A model generated the notes under the pieces. The model saw nothing but the letters and a program-made list of their open reading frames with translations, did no database searches and was not told the origin of the DNA. Position numbers and translations under genes: made by a program. From IMG/VR virus record IMGVR_UViG_3300040811_000687: DNA of 64,000 bases. The stretch is one strand, 5' to 3'. The stretch comes from a virus. Positions 19,572-29,097 of this stretch are shown here, one piece after another; within the stretch, counting starts at the first letter, position 1, and every line of letters begins with the position of its first letter.

Positions 19572-19862
19572 ATGTTTAAATCTATTAAAAATGCGCTTAG
19601 AGGTAGAAAATCTTTAAGTAAAACTCAAAAGGTATTAAATCTTTTGAACAAAGGTGAAGCTGTATCTTGGAAAACGCTAAGAAACAAGTTTGACCTTAAA
19701 TCGCCAAGAGCGATGGTTGATAAATTAAGATCACAAGGTAATATGATCTATATCAACAAAACAGCAAAAGGTACTTCATACAGAGTTGGTACTGCCTCAA
19801 AAGCTATTATAGCTGCCGGTATTACTAAGCTTTATGGAACTCCATTCGCTTACAAGAACTAG
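19572..19862 (+). CDS. Basic winged-HTH nucleic-acid-binding protein
   Basis: KVLNLLNKGEAVS..SPRAMVDKLRSQGNMIY; strong SD. Confidence 0.7.
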   Translation: MFKSIKNALRGRKSLSKTQKVLNLLNKGEAVSWKTLRNKFDLKSPRAMVDKLRSQGNMIYINKTAKGTSYRVGTASKAIIAAGITKLYGTPFAYKN

Positions 19863-19874
19863 TATAGTTAGTAT

Positions 19875-19894
19875 GGTGGCGAGAAATCGCCACC
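19875..19894 (+). terminator. GC-rich hairpin with GAAA loop (terminator or stabiliser)
   Basis: GGTGGCGA-GAAA-TCGCCACC; lacks a U-tract. Confidence 0.6.
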
Positions 19895-19915
19895 TACACC
19901 AACCAACGGAGATTT

Positions 19916-20125
19916 ATGTCAAGCAAAGCACAACTTAAAAAACAAATTGAAACATTACAAGAGACCAACAAATGGTTTAAAAAACAAATAGAACCACATG
20001 ATTGTGGCTGGATGTACACCACTATTGATGGTATCAAATATAGAATTAAAGTATTAAAAGAAAGATTAAGAGCAAAAGAAAAAGGTAAATTAATCAAAGA
20101 AAAACATTGGAGTGATTACGAATGA
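19916..20125 (+). CDS. Hypothetical protein
   Basis: SD GGAG; ATGA overlap with rnh. Confidence 0.7.
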   Translation: MSSKAQLKKQIETLQETNKWFKKQIEPHDCGWMYTTIDGIKYRIKVLKERLRAKEKGKLIKEKHWSDYE

Positions 20126-20973
20126 TTCTAGTAGATTTAAATCAAGTATTAATATCTAACTTAATGGTGCAGACCAGAGGCAAAGCAGAGGTCAAACCTA
20201 ACATGGAAATGGTGAGAAGTATGGTATTAAATTCATTACGTGGTTTTAATCTAAAATTTAAAGACGAGTATGGTAAAATGGTGTTGTGTTCAGACGCTGC
20301 CAATCCATGGAGAAGAAAAATATTTCCTAATTACAAACATGGTAGACGAAAAGGTAGAACTGATTCAGATACAGATTGGGATAATATCTTTGCTATAATG
20401 GCAGAGATCAAAAAAGAACTTGTTGATAACTTTCCATATGTAGTTATGCATGTAGAAAATGCTGAAGCTGATGATATTATTGCTACTCTTATTAAACAGA
20501 GAGAAGAAGATAAGTACCTGATTGTATCTGGTGACAAAGATTTTATTCAACTACATCACTACGGAGATGTGTATCAATTTTCTCCTATACTAAAAGGGTA
20601 TATTGGTGAACAAATTGACCCTATACAATTCTTACATGAACAAATTATAAAAGGTGATAGATCAGATGGTGTACCAAACATATTAAGTCCAGATGATATC
20701 TTTCTACAAGAGGGAGCCAGACAGAAACCTATCAACAAGAAAAGACTAGAAGAATTTAAAAATATTGAAAGAAATGCCACAATAGAAACTAATATCAAAG
20801 AGAACTATCAAAGAAATAAGACTTTGATTGATCTATCTCAAATACCAGATGACATAGAAAAAAGTATTATAAATACATACAAGAACTATAAAGTAAAAGA
20901 CAGGTCGCTCCTGTTAAATTTCTTTATAGAAAATAAAATGAAGACATTAATTGAACAAGTGAATGACTTCTAA
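20122..20973 (+). CDS. rnh: T4-like RNase H (5'-3' exonuclease)
   Basis: ILVDLNQ, WRRKIFPNYK, EADDII, SGDKDFIQL, GDRSDGVPN. Confidence 0.95.
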   Translation: MILVDLNQVLISNLMVQTRGKAEVKPNMEMVRSMVLNSLRGFNLKFKDEYGKMVLCSDAANPWRRKIFPNYKHGRRKGRTDSDTDWDNIFAIMAEIKKELVDNFPYVVMHVENAEADDIIATLIKQREEDKYLIVSGDKDFIQLHHYGDVYQFSPILKGYIGEQIDPIQFLHEQIIKGDRSDGVPNILSPDDIFLQEGARQKPINKKRLEEFKNIERNATIETNIKENYQRNKTLIDLSQIPDDIEKSIINTYKNYKVKDRSLLLNFFIENKMKTLIEQVNDF

Positions 20974-20994
20974 CACATATATGGAGAATAAATT

Positions 20995-21522
20995 ATGGCT
21001 ATAGTAAAACAATCAGCGGCAATGATGGCCGCCAACAGAACCAGTGGGTCAACAGAACTTACTGTACACGAAATCTTTACACAGATTAATAACGCTAAAG
21101 ATAAACCAAAGAAGATATCAATCTTAAAAAAACATGATACTCAAGCAATGAGACAGTTGCTTAAGGCTGCATTTGATCCTAAAATAGAGTTTGCATTACC
21201 AGATGGTACACCACCATTTATTAGAAATGAAGCTCCAGCAGGAACAGAGCATACTAGTTTGTTTTATGCTAGTAGAAAACTATGGAGATTTGTTAAAGGT
21301 GCAGATCCAGATACCAAACAAATGACCAGAGAGAAAATGTTTCTAGGTTTACTAGAATCTTTACACGAAAAAGACGCCGATGTATTAATCGGTATAAAAG
21401 ACAAAAAAATAAACAACATGTACAAAGGTCTAACAGCGGCTGTAGTAAAAGAGGCGTTTAATTGGACTGACGACTTTGTAAAATCAGACGGTAAATCGAT
21501 TCTAAAAGAATTATTGTCTTAA
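20995..21522 (+). CDS. Conserved T4-like hypothetical protein following rnh
   Basis: FALPDGTPPF, REKMFLGLLESLH; late promoter TATAAATA at 20868-20875. Confidence 0.8.
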   Translation: MAIVKQSAAMMAANRTSGSTELTVHEIFTQINNAKDKPKKISILKKHDTQAMRQLLKAAFDPKIEFALPDGTPPFIRNEAPAGTEHTSLFYASRKLWRFVKGADPDTKQMTREKMFLGLLESLHEKDADVLIGIKDKKINNMYKGLTAAVVKEAFNWTDDFVKSDGKSILKELLS

Positions 21523-21603
21523 AAACCTCACATTTTTAAGGGTGCGACACAACGTACCCTTGAAAAACCCTTATAAATCAACACTTTTAAATTTTTTTTC
21601 TGC

Positions 21604-21632
21604 TTGACTTTTATGTCAGGTTGTGGTATCCT
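21604..21632 (+). promoter_or_regulatory. Sigma70-type promoter
   Basis: TTGACT-17-TATCCT with extended TG; hairpin at 21538-21561 upstream. Confidence 0.7.
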
Positions 21633-21662
21633 AAATATATAAAAAGAAAGGTATATTACATT

Positions 21663-21992
21663 ATGAAAAAAGCGATACTATTTTTAGCTGTACTTTGGTT
21701 AGGTTTAAACGCCTTTGCTAATTCAGTTAAAGCAGATGACTATAGCAAGGCAGTTATTGGCCATGTTATATCAGAGACTATTAAGAACAATGAGATAGAT
21801 CACAAGTCTATTATGGAGGGTGAACTATCTAAACTTGGACACCTTTACGCTTTGGAAATGGTTTCTATTTTAGAAAAACATTTACCATACATACTTGATT
21901 CTGTTATGACAGAGTTGAGATTGAAAGCAGACCTTGAATATAAATGCAAGTTGCTTGAAGATACTAAAGCAGTTGATAAAGATTGTATATAA
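21663..21992 (+). CDS. Hypothetical secreted protein (start revised to MKKAIL)
   Basis: SD GAAAGG; signal peptide. Confidence 0.7.
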   Translation: MKKAILFLAVLWLGLNAFANSVKADDYSKAVIGHVISETIKNNEIDHKSIMEGELSKLGHLYALEMVSILEKHLPYILDSVMTELRLKADLEYKCKLLEDTKAVDKDCI

Positions 21993-22022
21993 TGATTAAC
22001 TTAAAATTAGGAGAAAAAACAA

Positions 22023-22439
22023 TTGTTAAGAAGATCAACAAAATACACGAAGACAAAGAAGCTATTGAAGGCTGACCTTACCCAAAAATCATCTAAACGA
22101 AAATATAAAACAAAATATATTGATATAAAAAGATATTTTTCTATGATAAATGAACTAGTATTTGATAACAAATTGTCGCCGTTTAATAAAGTATATATTA
22201 AACAGATGAGAAATAGAACACTTGGTCAAGTTATAACTTATGATTGGGAAAGACGAGGTACAAGAGAGTACGAGCTTCATATGTTACCGACATACGAAGA
22301 CAAACAAGAATTTGCTAATACGTTAGCACATGAAATGGTTCATCTACACCAGATGGCCAACGAGGGCGATACTGGTAACCATAACGCCTTATTTTATAGT
22401 TACCGAAGTAAATTAAACAAAGTAGGATTGGACTTATAA
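22023..22439 (+). CDS. SprT-like zinc metalloprotease (TTG start)
   Basis: LAHEMVHLHQ...HNALF; SD AGGAG. Confidence 0.8.
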   Translation: MLRRSTKYTKTKKLLKADLTQKSSKRKYKTKYIDIKRYFSMINELVFDNKLSPFNKVYIKQMRNRTLGQVITYDWERRGTREYELHMLPTYEDKQEFANTLAHEMVHLHQMANEGDTGNHNALFYSYRSKLNKVGLDL

Positions 22440-22441
22440 TT

Positions 22442-22753
22442 ATGAGTAATATGATGAGAAGAAAAGTGAAAGAACTTGATCCTTACCTTAAAGGTAGAAT
22501 AGGTGAGGCATTGATACAACTACAAGAATTACATAAACCATCAAACAAATCAGGTACATCTAAAGTATATTATACTGGCAATTGGGCTAAAGATGTATAT
22601 GATAACTTTACAGATAAACAGGCAGCTGTTATATTTTCTAAAGTGGCTAAAATGAAAGATGGTTTATCGTTAACACAAACGAAGTTACCAGGTTTTGTAG
22701 ATGAGGAAGGACAAGAGTGGACTGGTTATGATTATGTTGCGAGAAAAATATGA
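22442..22753 (+). CDS. Hypothetical protein
   Basis: Operon packing. Confidence 0.7.
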   Translation: MSNMMRRKVKELDPYLKGRIGEALIQLQELHKPSNKSGTSKVYYTGNWAKDVYDNFTDKQAAVIFSKVAKMKDGLSLTQTKLPGFVDEEGQEWTGYDYVARKI

Positions 22754-23322
22754 TTGTAGTAAAAACAATAGCAAGAACTTTAATGTTCGTAGTTGTAGTT
22801 TTATTTTGTGTAACCACGGTACACTATTATAAAATTCAGGCAAACGCTTCATTACCTACAAAACCTAATTTTGAACATACAAATAATCAACAGTTTATAG
22901 ACAATGTTAATCAGTGTATTGAGTACATATATTTTTATGAGAAGACAGTTAACAAGGTAGATAAAGATTTACTATTAGCACAGGCGGCTCTAGAGTCTGG
23001 TTGGGGAAACAGTAGATTTGCCAGAATTGGTAAAAACCTATTTGGTATTAGAACTTATGATCTACAAGAGCCACATATGTTGCCTTCAAACAATCCTAAA
23101 AAATGGGGAGTTAAAGTATTTCAGCACGAGTGTGATAGTGTATTACATTATATAAATACTTTAAGCAATCACCATGCTTATGAGAAGTACAGAGAACTAT
23201 TAGCTACAGGTGCAGATAGTTTAGAATTAGTTGAAACGCTTGACTCATATGCCAGTGATAAAGACTATTTCTGGAAAGTAAAAAGTATCATTAAAAAGAT
23301 AAGAGAAAACTACAAACACTAA
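22750..23322 (+). CDS. Glucosaminidase-domain (GH73/Bax-like) peptidoglycan hydrolase with N-terminal TM
   Basis: AQAALESGWGNSRFA..NLFGIR, YASD. Confidence 0.88.
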   Translation: MIVVKTIARTLMFVVVVLFCVTTVHYYKIQANASLPTKPNFEHTNNQQFIDNVNQCIEYIYFYEKTVNKVDKDLLLAQAALESGWGNSRFARIGKNLFGIRTYDLQEPHMLPSNNPKKWGVKVFQHECDSVLHYINTLSNHHAYEKYRELLATGADSLELVETLDSYASDKDYFWKVKSIIKKIRENYKH

Positions 23323-23323
23323 T

Positions 23324-24244
23324 ATGTTCCTAATTATACTAACATTTTTAAGTGCAATATCTATATCTGTAATAGCCGCTGGTTATTCTATCATAGGTCT
23401 TGCAACACTATTTGCCGGTGCAGTAGTACCAATTATTGCTATGGGTACGGCATTAGAAGTAGGTAAGTTAGTAGCAGCCTCATGGTTATACAATAATTGG
23501 CAAAGTGATGTACCTAGATTGTTAAAAATGTATTTGTTTACAGCAATCATTGTATTAGTTTTTATTACCTCTATGGGTATCTTTGGTTTCTTATCAAAGG
23601 CACACCTTGATCAAGTTAAACCTACATCTGGTAATAATATAAAACTAGAACAAATTACCGACCAGATTTCAAGACAACAAACTATTATAGACAGATCACA
23701 AAATACGTTAACATTATTAGACAAAGCATTAGAGGTCTACATTGATAAAGAATATGTGACTAGAGGTTTAAAAGAAAGAGCAAAACAAGAAGAAGAAAGA
23801 GCTGCTTTAAACAATGCAATTGAAGACGCAAGTAATAAGATCGCAGAGTTATCAGATAAGAAAGCAACACTATCATTAGCACAAGATAAGATAGAGGCAG
23901 AGGTTGGTCCTATTAAGTATGTTGCAGAGTTAATATATGGTGAAAGTGCAAAAGATAATATTGACAAGGCAGTTAGAATTGTTATACTGATTTTAATATT
24001 TGTATTTGACCCATTGGCTGTATTGTTATTGATAGCAGCCAACATATCATTGAGACAATGGAGATTAAAGAAACAATTAATAAAGTCTAATAAACAGCAA
24101 AATTTACAAAACAAATTAAATAGATTAATGAAAAGAAATAAGAACTTGAAAAAATATAAAAATGTGGTAAAAGACCTTGGCGATAATCCAGATGAGATTA
24201 AGTTGAAGTTAAGCCAGATAGTGAATTTAGATGATAAGAATTAG
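23324..24244 (+). CDS. Multi-TM coiled-coil membrane protein
   Basis: Three N-terminal TMs, long coiled coil, VFDPLAVLLL TM; late promoter at 23151-23158. Confidence 0.8.
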   Translation: MFLIILTFLSAISISVIAAGYSIIGLATLFAGAVVPIIAMGTALEVGKLVAASWLYNNWQSDVPRLLKMYLFTAIIVLVFITSMGIFGFLSKAHLDQVKPTSGNNIKLEQITDQISRQQTIIDRSQNTLTLLDKALEVYIDKEYVTRGLKERAKQEEERAALNNAIEDASNKIAELSDKKATLSLAQDKIEAEVGPIKYVAELIYGESAKDNIDKAVRIVILILIFVFDPLAVLLLIAANISLRQWRLKKQLIKSNKQQNLQNKLNRLMKRNKNLKKYKNVVKDLGDNPDEIKLKLSQIVNLDDKN

Positions 24245-24395
24245 TATTTTAATATTATTGCTCGTGACTTTGGGTGGGTGCATGAAAACGACCTGTGTAT
24301 CAGACCTAGAATGTAAGAAGACGTTAGATTGGAATAACCCTACTTTTACAACGATACGAACAATAATATCACAAGGCACCAATTTAGGTAAATAG
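24231..24395 (+). CDS. Small lipoprotein, 54 aa (not in ORF track)
   Basis: MIRISILILLLVTLGGC lipobox; overlaps the upstream gene. Confidence 0.7.
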   Translation: MIRISILILLLVTLGGCMKTTCVSDLECKKTLDWNNPTFTTIRTIISQGTNLGK

Positions 24396-24399
24396 TGGC

Positions 24400-24428
24400 T
24401 TGACAAAAACAAATAAATGAGGTATAAT
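24400..24428 (+). promoter_or_regulatory. Consensus sigma70 promoter
   Basis: TTGACA-17-TATAAT, perfect match. Confidence 0.9.
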
Positions 24429-24434
24429 TATATG

Positions 24435-24617
24435 ATGAGACAATACATAGAAAGAATCAGTAACACTCCAGAAAAACAAGAAAGACTTATAAACAACGCT
24501 GTGGAGGCAACCAAAGGTGCTACTACAGAGTGGTCTAAAGACTTCTGGTTTGGTATATTTACCAAATTGTGTACTAAATTCAATAGAAGTGACCTATATC
24601 AGAGGAATATACACTAA
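24435..24617 (+). CDS. Hypothetical early protein, probably leaderless (start 24432 or 24435)
   Basis: ATG 6 nt after TATAAT; no SD. Confidence 0.7.
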   Translation: MRQYIERISNTPEKQERLINNAVEATKGATTEWSKDFWFGIFTKLCTKFNRSDLYQRNIH

Positions 24618-24655
24618 TCGCTTGCCTTTTAGGCCAGATGTGATAATATATACGT

Positions 24656-24922
24656 ATGAAAACAATTAATATTACACTAAAGAAAAAGACACTATCAGAG
24701 GTCTACAATCAAGTTGCTTTATTAAACAACATGGGTTTTCCTAACTTTCAAAAAGGCGAACCTATTCATAACTTGATGAGAGAGATTAAAAAAGAAGTGA
24801 GTAAACAAAAGAAACAAGACGAAGTGGTATTATGGAAAGAACTATTAGAGTTTTGGCCATTGTCTATAGTTGTACCATCATTGTTGCTTGCCATTTTGTT
24901 TGGTCCATATATAATGAGGTAA
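24656..24922 (+). CDS. Hypothetical protein with C-terminal TM
   Basis: Own promoter TTGCCT-16-TAATAT (24622-24649). Confidence 0.7.
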   Translation: MKTINITLKKKTLSEVYNQVALLNNMGFPNFQKGEPIHNLMREIKKEVSKQKKQDEVVLWKELLEFWPLSIVVPSLLLAILFGPYIMR

Positions 24923-24923
24923 T

Positions 24924-25514
24924 ATGAATATATTTTATCTAGACAAAGATCCAGTTGTATCAGCTGAAATGAGTTGTGACAAACATGTATGTAAGATGAT
25001 TATTGAGTCTGCTCAAATGTTATCTACAGCACATAGATTACTAGACGGCATAGAGTGGACAGATTACTCTAAAAATGGCCGTAAGATTAAAAGATGGCGA
25101 CTAGAAGACCCTTACCTAGAAAATACTATTTACAAGGCGTGTCATACAGGTCACCCTAGTACAGTATGGGTAATGTCAAATGCGTTTCATTATACTTGGT
25201 TATACAAACATATGATTGCTCTTAATGAACAATTTAAATTGAGATACAACCATACAGAGGATCATATGACTATTCGTAAACTCAAAGAAGTATTACGACA
25301 ACCACCTAAAAATATACCTATAAATAAGATTGCTACTGATCCAACACCTGCTATGCCAGATGAATGTAAAATACCTGGTGATGTGATTGGCTCGTACAGA
25401 AAATATTATGTAATGAAAAAAAGAGAATTTGCTACCTGGAAAACACCAGCTGTTATACCAGAGTGGTATGTAAACGGAGTTAAAGATGGCGAGATTAGGA
25501 AAGACAACAAGTAA
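24924..25514 (+). CDS. Pyrimidine-dimer DNA glycosylase / DenV-like family protein
   Basis: MNIFYLD...DKHVCKMIIESAQMLSTAH, HPSTVW, PAMP. Confidence 0.8.
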   Translation: MNIFYLDKDPVVSAEMSCDKHVCKMIIESAQMLSTAHRLLDGIEWTDYSKNGRKIKRWRLEDPYLENTIYKACHTGHPSTVWVMSNAFHYTWLYKHMIALNEQFKLRYNHTEDHMTIRKLKEVLRQPPKNIPINKIATDPTPAMPDECKIPGDVIGSYRKYYVMKKREFATWKTPAVIPEWYVNGVKDGEIRKDNK

Positions 25515-25713
25515 AAGTACGTTTAGATTTGATGGTAGAAGTAGACCGTCAGATGAACATTATAAAAAAAGATGGAATGAAATTTTTGGCAAAAAGAAAA
25601 ACCCTATTGCTAAAGAGGTACGAACACCAAAATATAAACCAAAAGTTGTAGAATCTAAAAAGAAATACAATAGAAAAAAGAAAGAGAAGATAGATACATG
25701 GCAATGGACGTAA
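25486..25713 (+). CDS. Hypothetical basic protein
   Basis: SD GGAG; Lys-rich. Confidence 0.65.
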   Translation: MARLGKTTSKSTFRFDGRSRPSDEHYKKRWNEIFGKKKNPIAKEVRTPKYKPKVVESKKKYNRKKKEKIDTWQWT

Positions 25714-25940
25714 ATCAAATAAGACCTTTGACATTAGACGAAGAAAAAATTTTAAGAGAAGGACTATCAGATGTAGAGGTGACATATGAAAATGTTGCTA
25801 CACTTACAGTAGAAGACCCTTTTGCTAATTTAGAAATACAAGGTGACAATAGTTTACCACAAGACTTAATGGAAGATGAGATTGTAAGAGATACAGAAAA
25901 TGATCCTTTTAAGGGAACTAGTATTGAGGGGAAAGATTAA
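25698..25940 (+). CDS. Hypothetical acidic protein
   Basis: Operon packing. Confidence 0.65.
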   Translation: MAMDVNQIRPLTLDEEKILREGLSDVEVTYENVATLTVEDPFANLEIQGDNSLPQDLMEDEIVRDTENDPFKGTSIEGKD

Positions 25941-26095
25941 TGGCTAAATCAAAAGAAAAAATATACGAAAGAAATCCTGATACAGGAGTTATTCGTTGGA
26001 GATATGTAGATGAATCACCAGACAAATTTGGTTGGCCTAATTATGGTAGAATATTAAATGAACAAAGAAACAAAACAAAAACTAAAAAAAAGTGA
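25940..26095 (+). CDS. Small protein, 51 aa (not in ORF track)
   Basis: MAKSKEKIYERNPDTG...; SD GAGG, TAATG coupling. Confidence 0.65.
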   Translation: MAKSKEKIYERNPDTGVIRWRYVDESPDKFGWPNYGRILNEQRNKTKTKKK

Positions 26096-26213
26096 GTATG
26101 AAAGTCTATACGATTGTATAGTCAGTGATCAAGTACCTGCTGACCACATCGCTAAATATTTTCAAGACGAAGGATTTTATAGTTATTACAAAAGGAGAAA
26201 AAATGGCAATTAA
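26058..26213 (+). CDS. Small protein, 51 aa (not in ORF track)
   Basis: MNKETKQKLKKSEYESLYDCIVSDQVP...; fills the gap. Confidence 0.55.
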   Translation: MNKETKQKLKKSEYESLYDCIVSDQVPADHIAKYFQDEGFYSYYKRRKNGN

Positions 26214-26391
26214 AGAAGCATTAATTAAGAAATTAGAGGGTGACGTAGCCTTATCTGAAGCAAACTTAAAAACGTTTTTAGAAAACCCAATTGGTGTTGC
26301 AGAGCATATAGATTACGTTGAGACAGCAGAGAAAGAACTAATTAAACTTACAGACGCTAAAGATAAACTTGCTACACTAAAAGATTTATAA
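26203..26391 (+). CDS. Hypothetical coiled-coil protein (start revised to MAIKEA)
   Basis: SD AAGGAG; NPIGVAEH. Confidence 0.7.
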   Translation: MAIKEALIKKLEGDVALSEANLKTFLENPIGVAEHIDYVETAEKELIKLTDAKDKLATLKDL

Positions 26392-26714
26392 TGGCTTATT
26401 CGGTAAACGATAAGTGTATTATGTGTAAGCATACCGACTGTGTGGAGGTCTGTCCTGTAGATTGTTTTTACGAAGGAGAAAATATGTTAGTAATCAATCC
26501 AGATGAATGTATTGATTGTGGTGTATGTGAACCAGAGTGTCCTGAAGGAGCAATACTATCAGACATGGAAGAAGAAGGAAAAAAGTGGATTGCATTTAAC
26601 GATAAGTGGTCAAGACAATGGCCAGTTATAACAGATAAAAAAGATAGTATGGATCCAGATAATAAACATAGAGACGAACCAGATAGATTAAATAAATATT
26701 TTAAGGGTAAATGA
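26391..26714 (+). CDS. fdxA: Ferredoxin, FdxA-type dicluster
   Basis: [43 protein letters not shown]. Confidence 0.93.
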   Translation: MAYSVNDKCIMCKHTDCVEVCPVDCFYEGENMLVINPDECIDCGVCEPECPEGAILSDMEEEGKKWIAFNDKWSRQWPVITDKKDSMDPDNKHRDEPDRLNKYFKGK

Positions 26715-27124
26715 TAATTGAAAAGATTAAAGAATCAGGTGACAATTTAAAAATGTTAGAAGGCCACGATAGGTTACAATACTTGGTAGACAAGGCCAAA
26801 GAGGTAGAAACTTTACCTGATATTGTAAAGACAGAGGAAAATAGAATACATGGTTGTGCCAGTAAATTATGGATAATTGGTGGTAAACAAGAAGATGGTA
26901 CAATGATATATAAAGTAGATGGTGACGCTCATATAACCAAAGGTACGGCTAAAGTGGTCACTGATATAGTAAACAACGAACAAGCAACAGAGATTGCCAA
27001 TTTAACAGTTGATAATTTTATACCATTAGGTATCAAAGAATTATTAACTATGCAGAGACAAAATGGTCTAGGCGAATTAATACAAAGAATTATAGGATTA
27101 GCAAATGCCAATATACACGTTTAG
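26711..27124 (+). CDS. sufE: SufE-family sulfur acceptor
   Basis: [27 protein letters not shown]. Confidence 0.88.
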   Translation: MIIEKIKESGDNLKMLEGHDRLQYLVDKAKEVETLPDIVKTEENRIHGCASKLWIIGGKQEDGTMIYKVDGDAHITKGTAKVVTDIVNNEQATEIANLTVDNFIPLGIKELLTMQRQNGLGELIQRIIGLANANIHV

Positions 27125-27419
27125 AAATAAAAAAACTAAAAAAGAATTTACAGAAATGATGACCATTGCAGAAATGGAGGCTTATATGAAAAAGAATAAG
27201 CACATAACACAAGTACCACAGGTACTAAATATATCAGGTGGTGTAATGGGTGTCAATATGAAGAACGATGGTGGTTGGAAAGACAATCTATCACGTATAG
27301 CAGAGGCACATCCTACTAGTGCATTGGCAGACAGATATAGAAGCCGATCATCTAAAGAAATTGCAACAAGAAATGTTGTACAGAAACACCTAAAAAGACA
27401 AGCAAAGGGGAAAAAATAA
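27105..27419 (+). CDS. Conserved T4-like hypothetical protein (Cys-less FmdB-like N-terminus)
   Basis: MPIYTFRN...GWKDNLSRIAEAHP. Confidence 0.7.
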   Translation: MPIYTFRNKKTKKEFTEMMTIAEMEAYMKKNKHITQVPQVLNISGGVMGVNMKNDGGWKDNLSRIAEAHPTSALADRYRSRSSKEIATRNVVQKHLKRQAKGKK

Positions 27420-27814
27420 TGGCGACAAAAGATTTACCGGATTACATGAGAGGTTTTGACCTCCAAGATGATTGGGGTGTTACAGCAGTAGCGGCTCCAC
27501 CTAAACAAGAAGTACCAGTGGTTGATACAAAACCAATAGAAAATGCTAGTTTAGAAATATCAAAGGTCAAACAGGACGTATCATCTATCAAGTCCATGAT
27601 GAACGAAATAATGCAGATAGTGGCAGAAAAAGATACTATTACTAAAGAAATATCAGATGAAGATACTAAAGCTAAATTCAAAGAGTTAGAGAAAGTAATA
27701 TTACCGTTTTTATATAATTTAAGTAAGACAACAGAACCTTACATACATTGGCCTAACAGAGGTCCAATCATCAAGGCACAAATAGAAAAAGTGTTAAAAA
27801 TAACGAGAGGATAA
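27419..27814 (+). CDS. Conserved hypothetical protein
   Basis: ILPFLYNL...YIHWPNR. Confidence 0.75.
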   Translation: MATKDLPDYMRGFDLQDDWGVTAVAAPPKQEVPVVDTKPIENASLEISKVKQDVSSIKSMMNEIMQIVAEKDTITKEISDEDTKAKFKELEKVILPFLYNLSKTTEPYIHWPNRGPIIKAQIEKVLKITRG

Positions 27815-27815
27815 A

Positions 27816-28283
27816 ATGAAATTAAGTAATAATTTTAGTTTAAAAGAATTAACAGCTTCACAAACAGCTGATCGTAAAGGCATTAATAATAATCCTAACG
27901 AAGATCAAATCAACAAGTTAAAACTGTTATGTGAAAAAGTATTACAACCAATAAGAGACCATTATGGCAAGGTAGTTACCGTGTCTAGTGGGTACAGATC
28001 AGTAGAGCTGTGTGAAGCCATAGGCTCAAGTAAAAATTCACAGCATGCTAAAGCGGAAGCGGCCGATTTTGAAATATTTGGATTGTCCAACGCTGAACTA
28101 TGTAAATGGATATCAGATAACCTAGAGTTTGACCAGATGATTCTGGAATACCATAAGTTAGATGAACCTAACAGTGGGTGGATACATTGTTCGTATAAAG
28201 TTGAAGACAATAGAAAACAAATTTTACGTGCTTACAGAAATGAAAGTGGTAAAACCTGTTACGAGGCATACGAGCCGAAGTGA
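27816..28283 (+). CDS. Peptidase M15A (D-Ala-D-Ala-type), putative endolysin
   Basis: LSNNFSLKE, SSGYRS, SQHAKAEAAD, WIHCS. Confidence 0.88.
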   Translation: MKLSNNFSLKELTASQTADRKGINNNPNEDQINKLKLLCEKVLQPIRDHYGKVVTVSSGYRSVELCEAIGSSKNSQHAKAEAADFEIFGLSNAELCKWISDNLEFDQMILEYHKLDEPNSGWIHCSYKVEDNRKQILRAYRNESGKTCYEAYEPK

Positions 28284-28375
28284 AAAGAAAAACGTGAGGA
28301 GTTAAGAAACTCCAGCGAATTAATTAACGACCATTTACAGTTGTATAGATCAACTTAAAATGGTATGAACGAGGG

Positions 28376-28404
28376 TTGACAAATCAACTGGAAAGTGATA
28401 GAAT
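28376..28404 (+). promoter_or_regulatory. Sigma70-type promoter
   Basis: TTGACA-17-TAGAAT with extended TG. Confidence 0.8.
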
Positions 28405-28413
28405 AAGTATATT

Positions 28414-29097
28414 ATGAGCAAATTTAAATTTATAGAACTAGACAAAACACCTTTGCCTAAAACAAAGGGTAAAAGAATAGACGGCTTCAGATTTTATGAA
28501 GTAGATGGTAAACATTATCCGTCAATAACTACAGTACTTGGTATTCAAAAGAAAGCAGGTCTTCAAAAATGGCGAGACAGTATTGGTGAAGATGTTGCTA
28601 ATTGGGAAATGAGACGAGCAGCCAACCGTGGTACAGCAACCCACAATCTAATTGAACAGTATCTAAAAGGCGAAACACCTAGTGAGAGAAGTGTATTACC
28701 TTTAGGTATGTTCAGACTAATCAAACCATACGTAGATCAAATTAATAACATACATTGTTTAGAAACAATTATGTACAGTAAGAAGTTAACTATTGCTGGA
28801 CAAGTGGACTGTATTGCAGAATATAATGGCAAGTTGTCAGTAATTGATTTCAAGACAGCAAACAAAGAACGCCAAGAATCTTGGATTGAGAATTACTTTT
28901 TACAAACTTGTGCTTATGCTATTATGTACGAAGAATTATATGGTAAACCTATTGAACAATTGGTTGTTCTAATTGCAGGTGAAGATGGTTCTATGGTTCC
29001 TTACGTTAAAGAAAGAAAACCATATGAAGAAAAGCTAGGAAAAGCCATACAAGACTTTTATAAATACTATGAGAAACTTAATAAAGATAAAGTGTAA
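28414..29097 (+). CDS. PD-(D/E)xK exonuclease
   Basis: YPSITTVL, RGTATH, AGQVDCI, IDFKT, QTCAYA. Confidence 0.88.
   Translation: MSKFKFIELDKTPLPKTKGKRIDGFRFYEVDGKHYPSITTVLGIQKKAGLQKWRDSIGEDVANWEMRRAANRGTATHNLIEQYLKGETPSERSVLPLGMFRLIKPYVDQINNIHCLETIMYSKKLTIAGQVDCIAEYNGKLSVIDFKTANKERQESWIENYFLQTCAYAIMYEELYGKPIEQLVVLIAGEDGSMVPYVKERKPYEEKLGKAIQDFYKYYEKLNKDKV

Noticed and set aside
28281-28313. UGA plus hairpin as a selenocysteine SECIS
   Set aside because: Not at a catalytic Cys-like position and no sel genes in the window; kept only as generic readthrough
28414-29097. Exonuclease as Cas4/CRISPR component
   Set aside because: No repeat-spacer array or other cas genes, and no Cas4 Cys cluster
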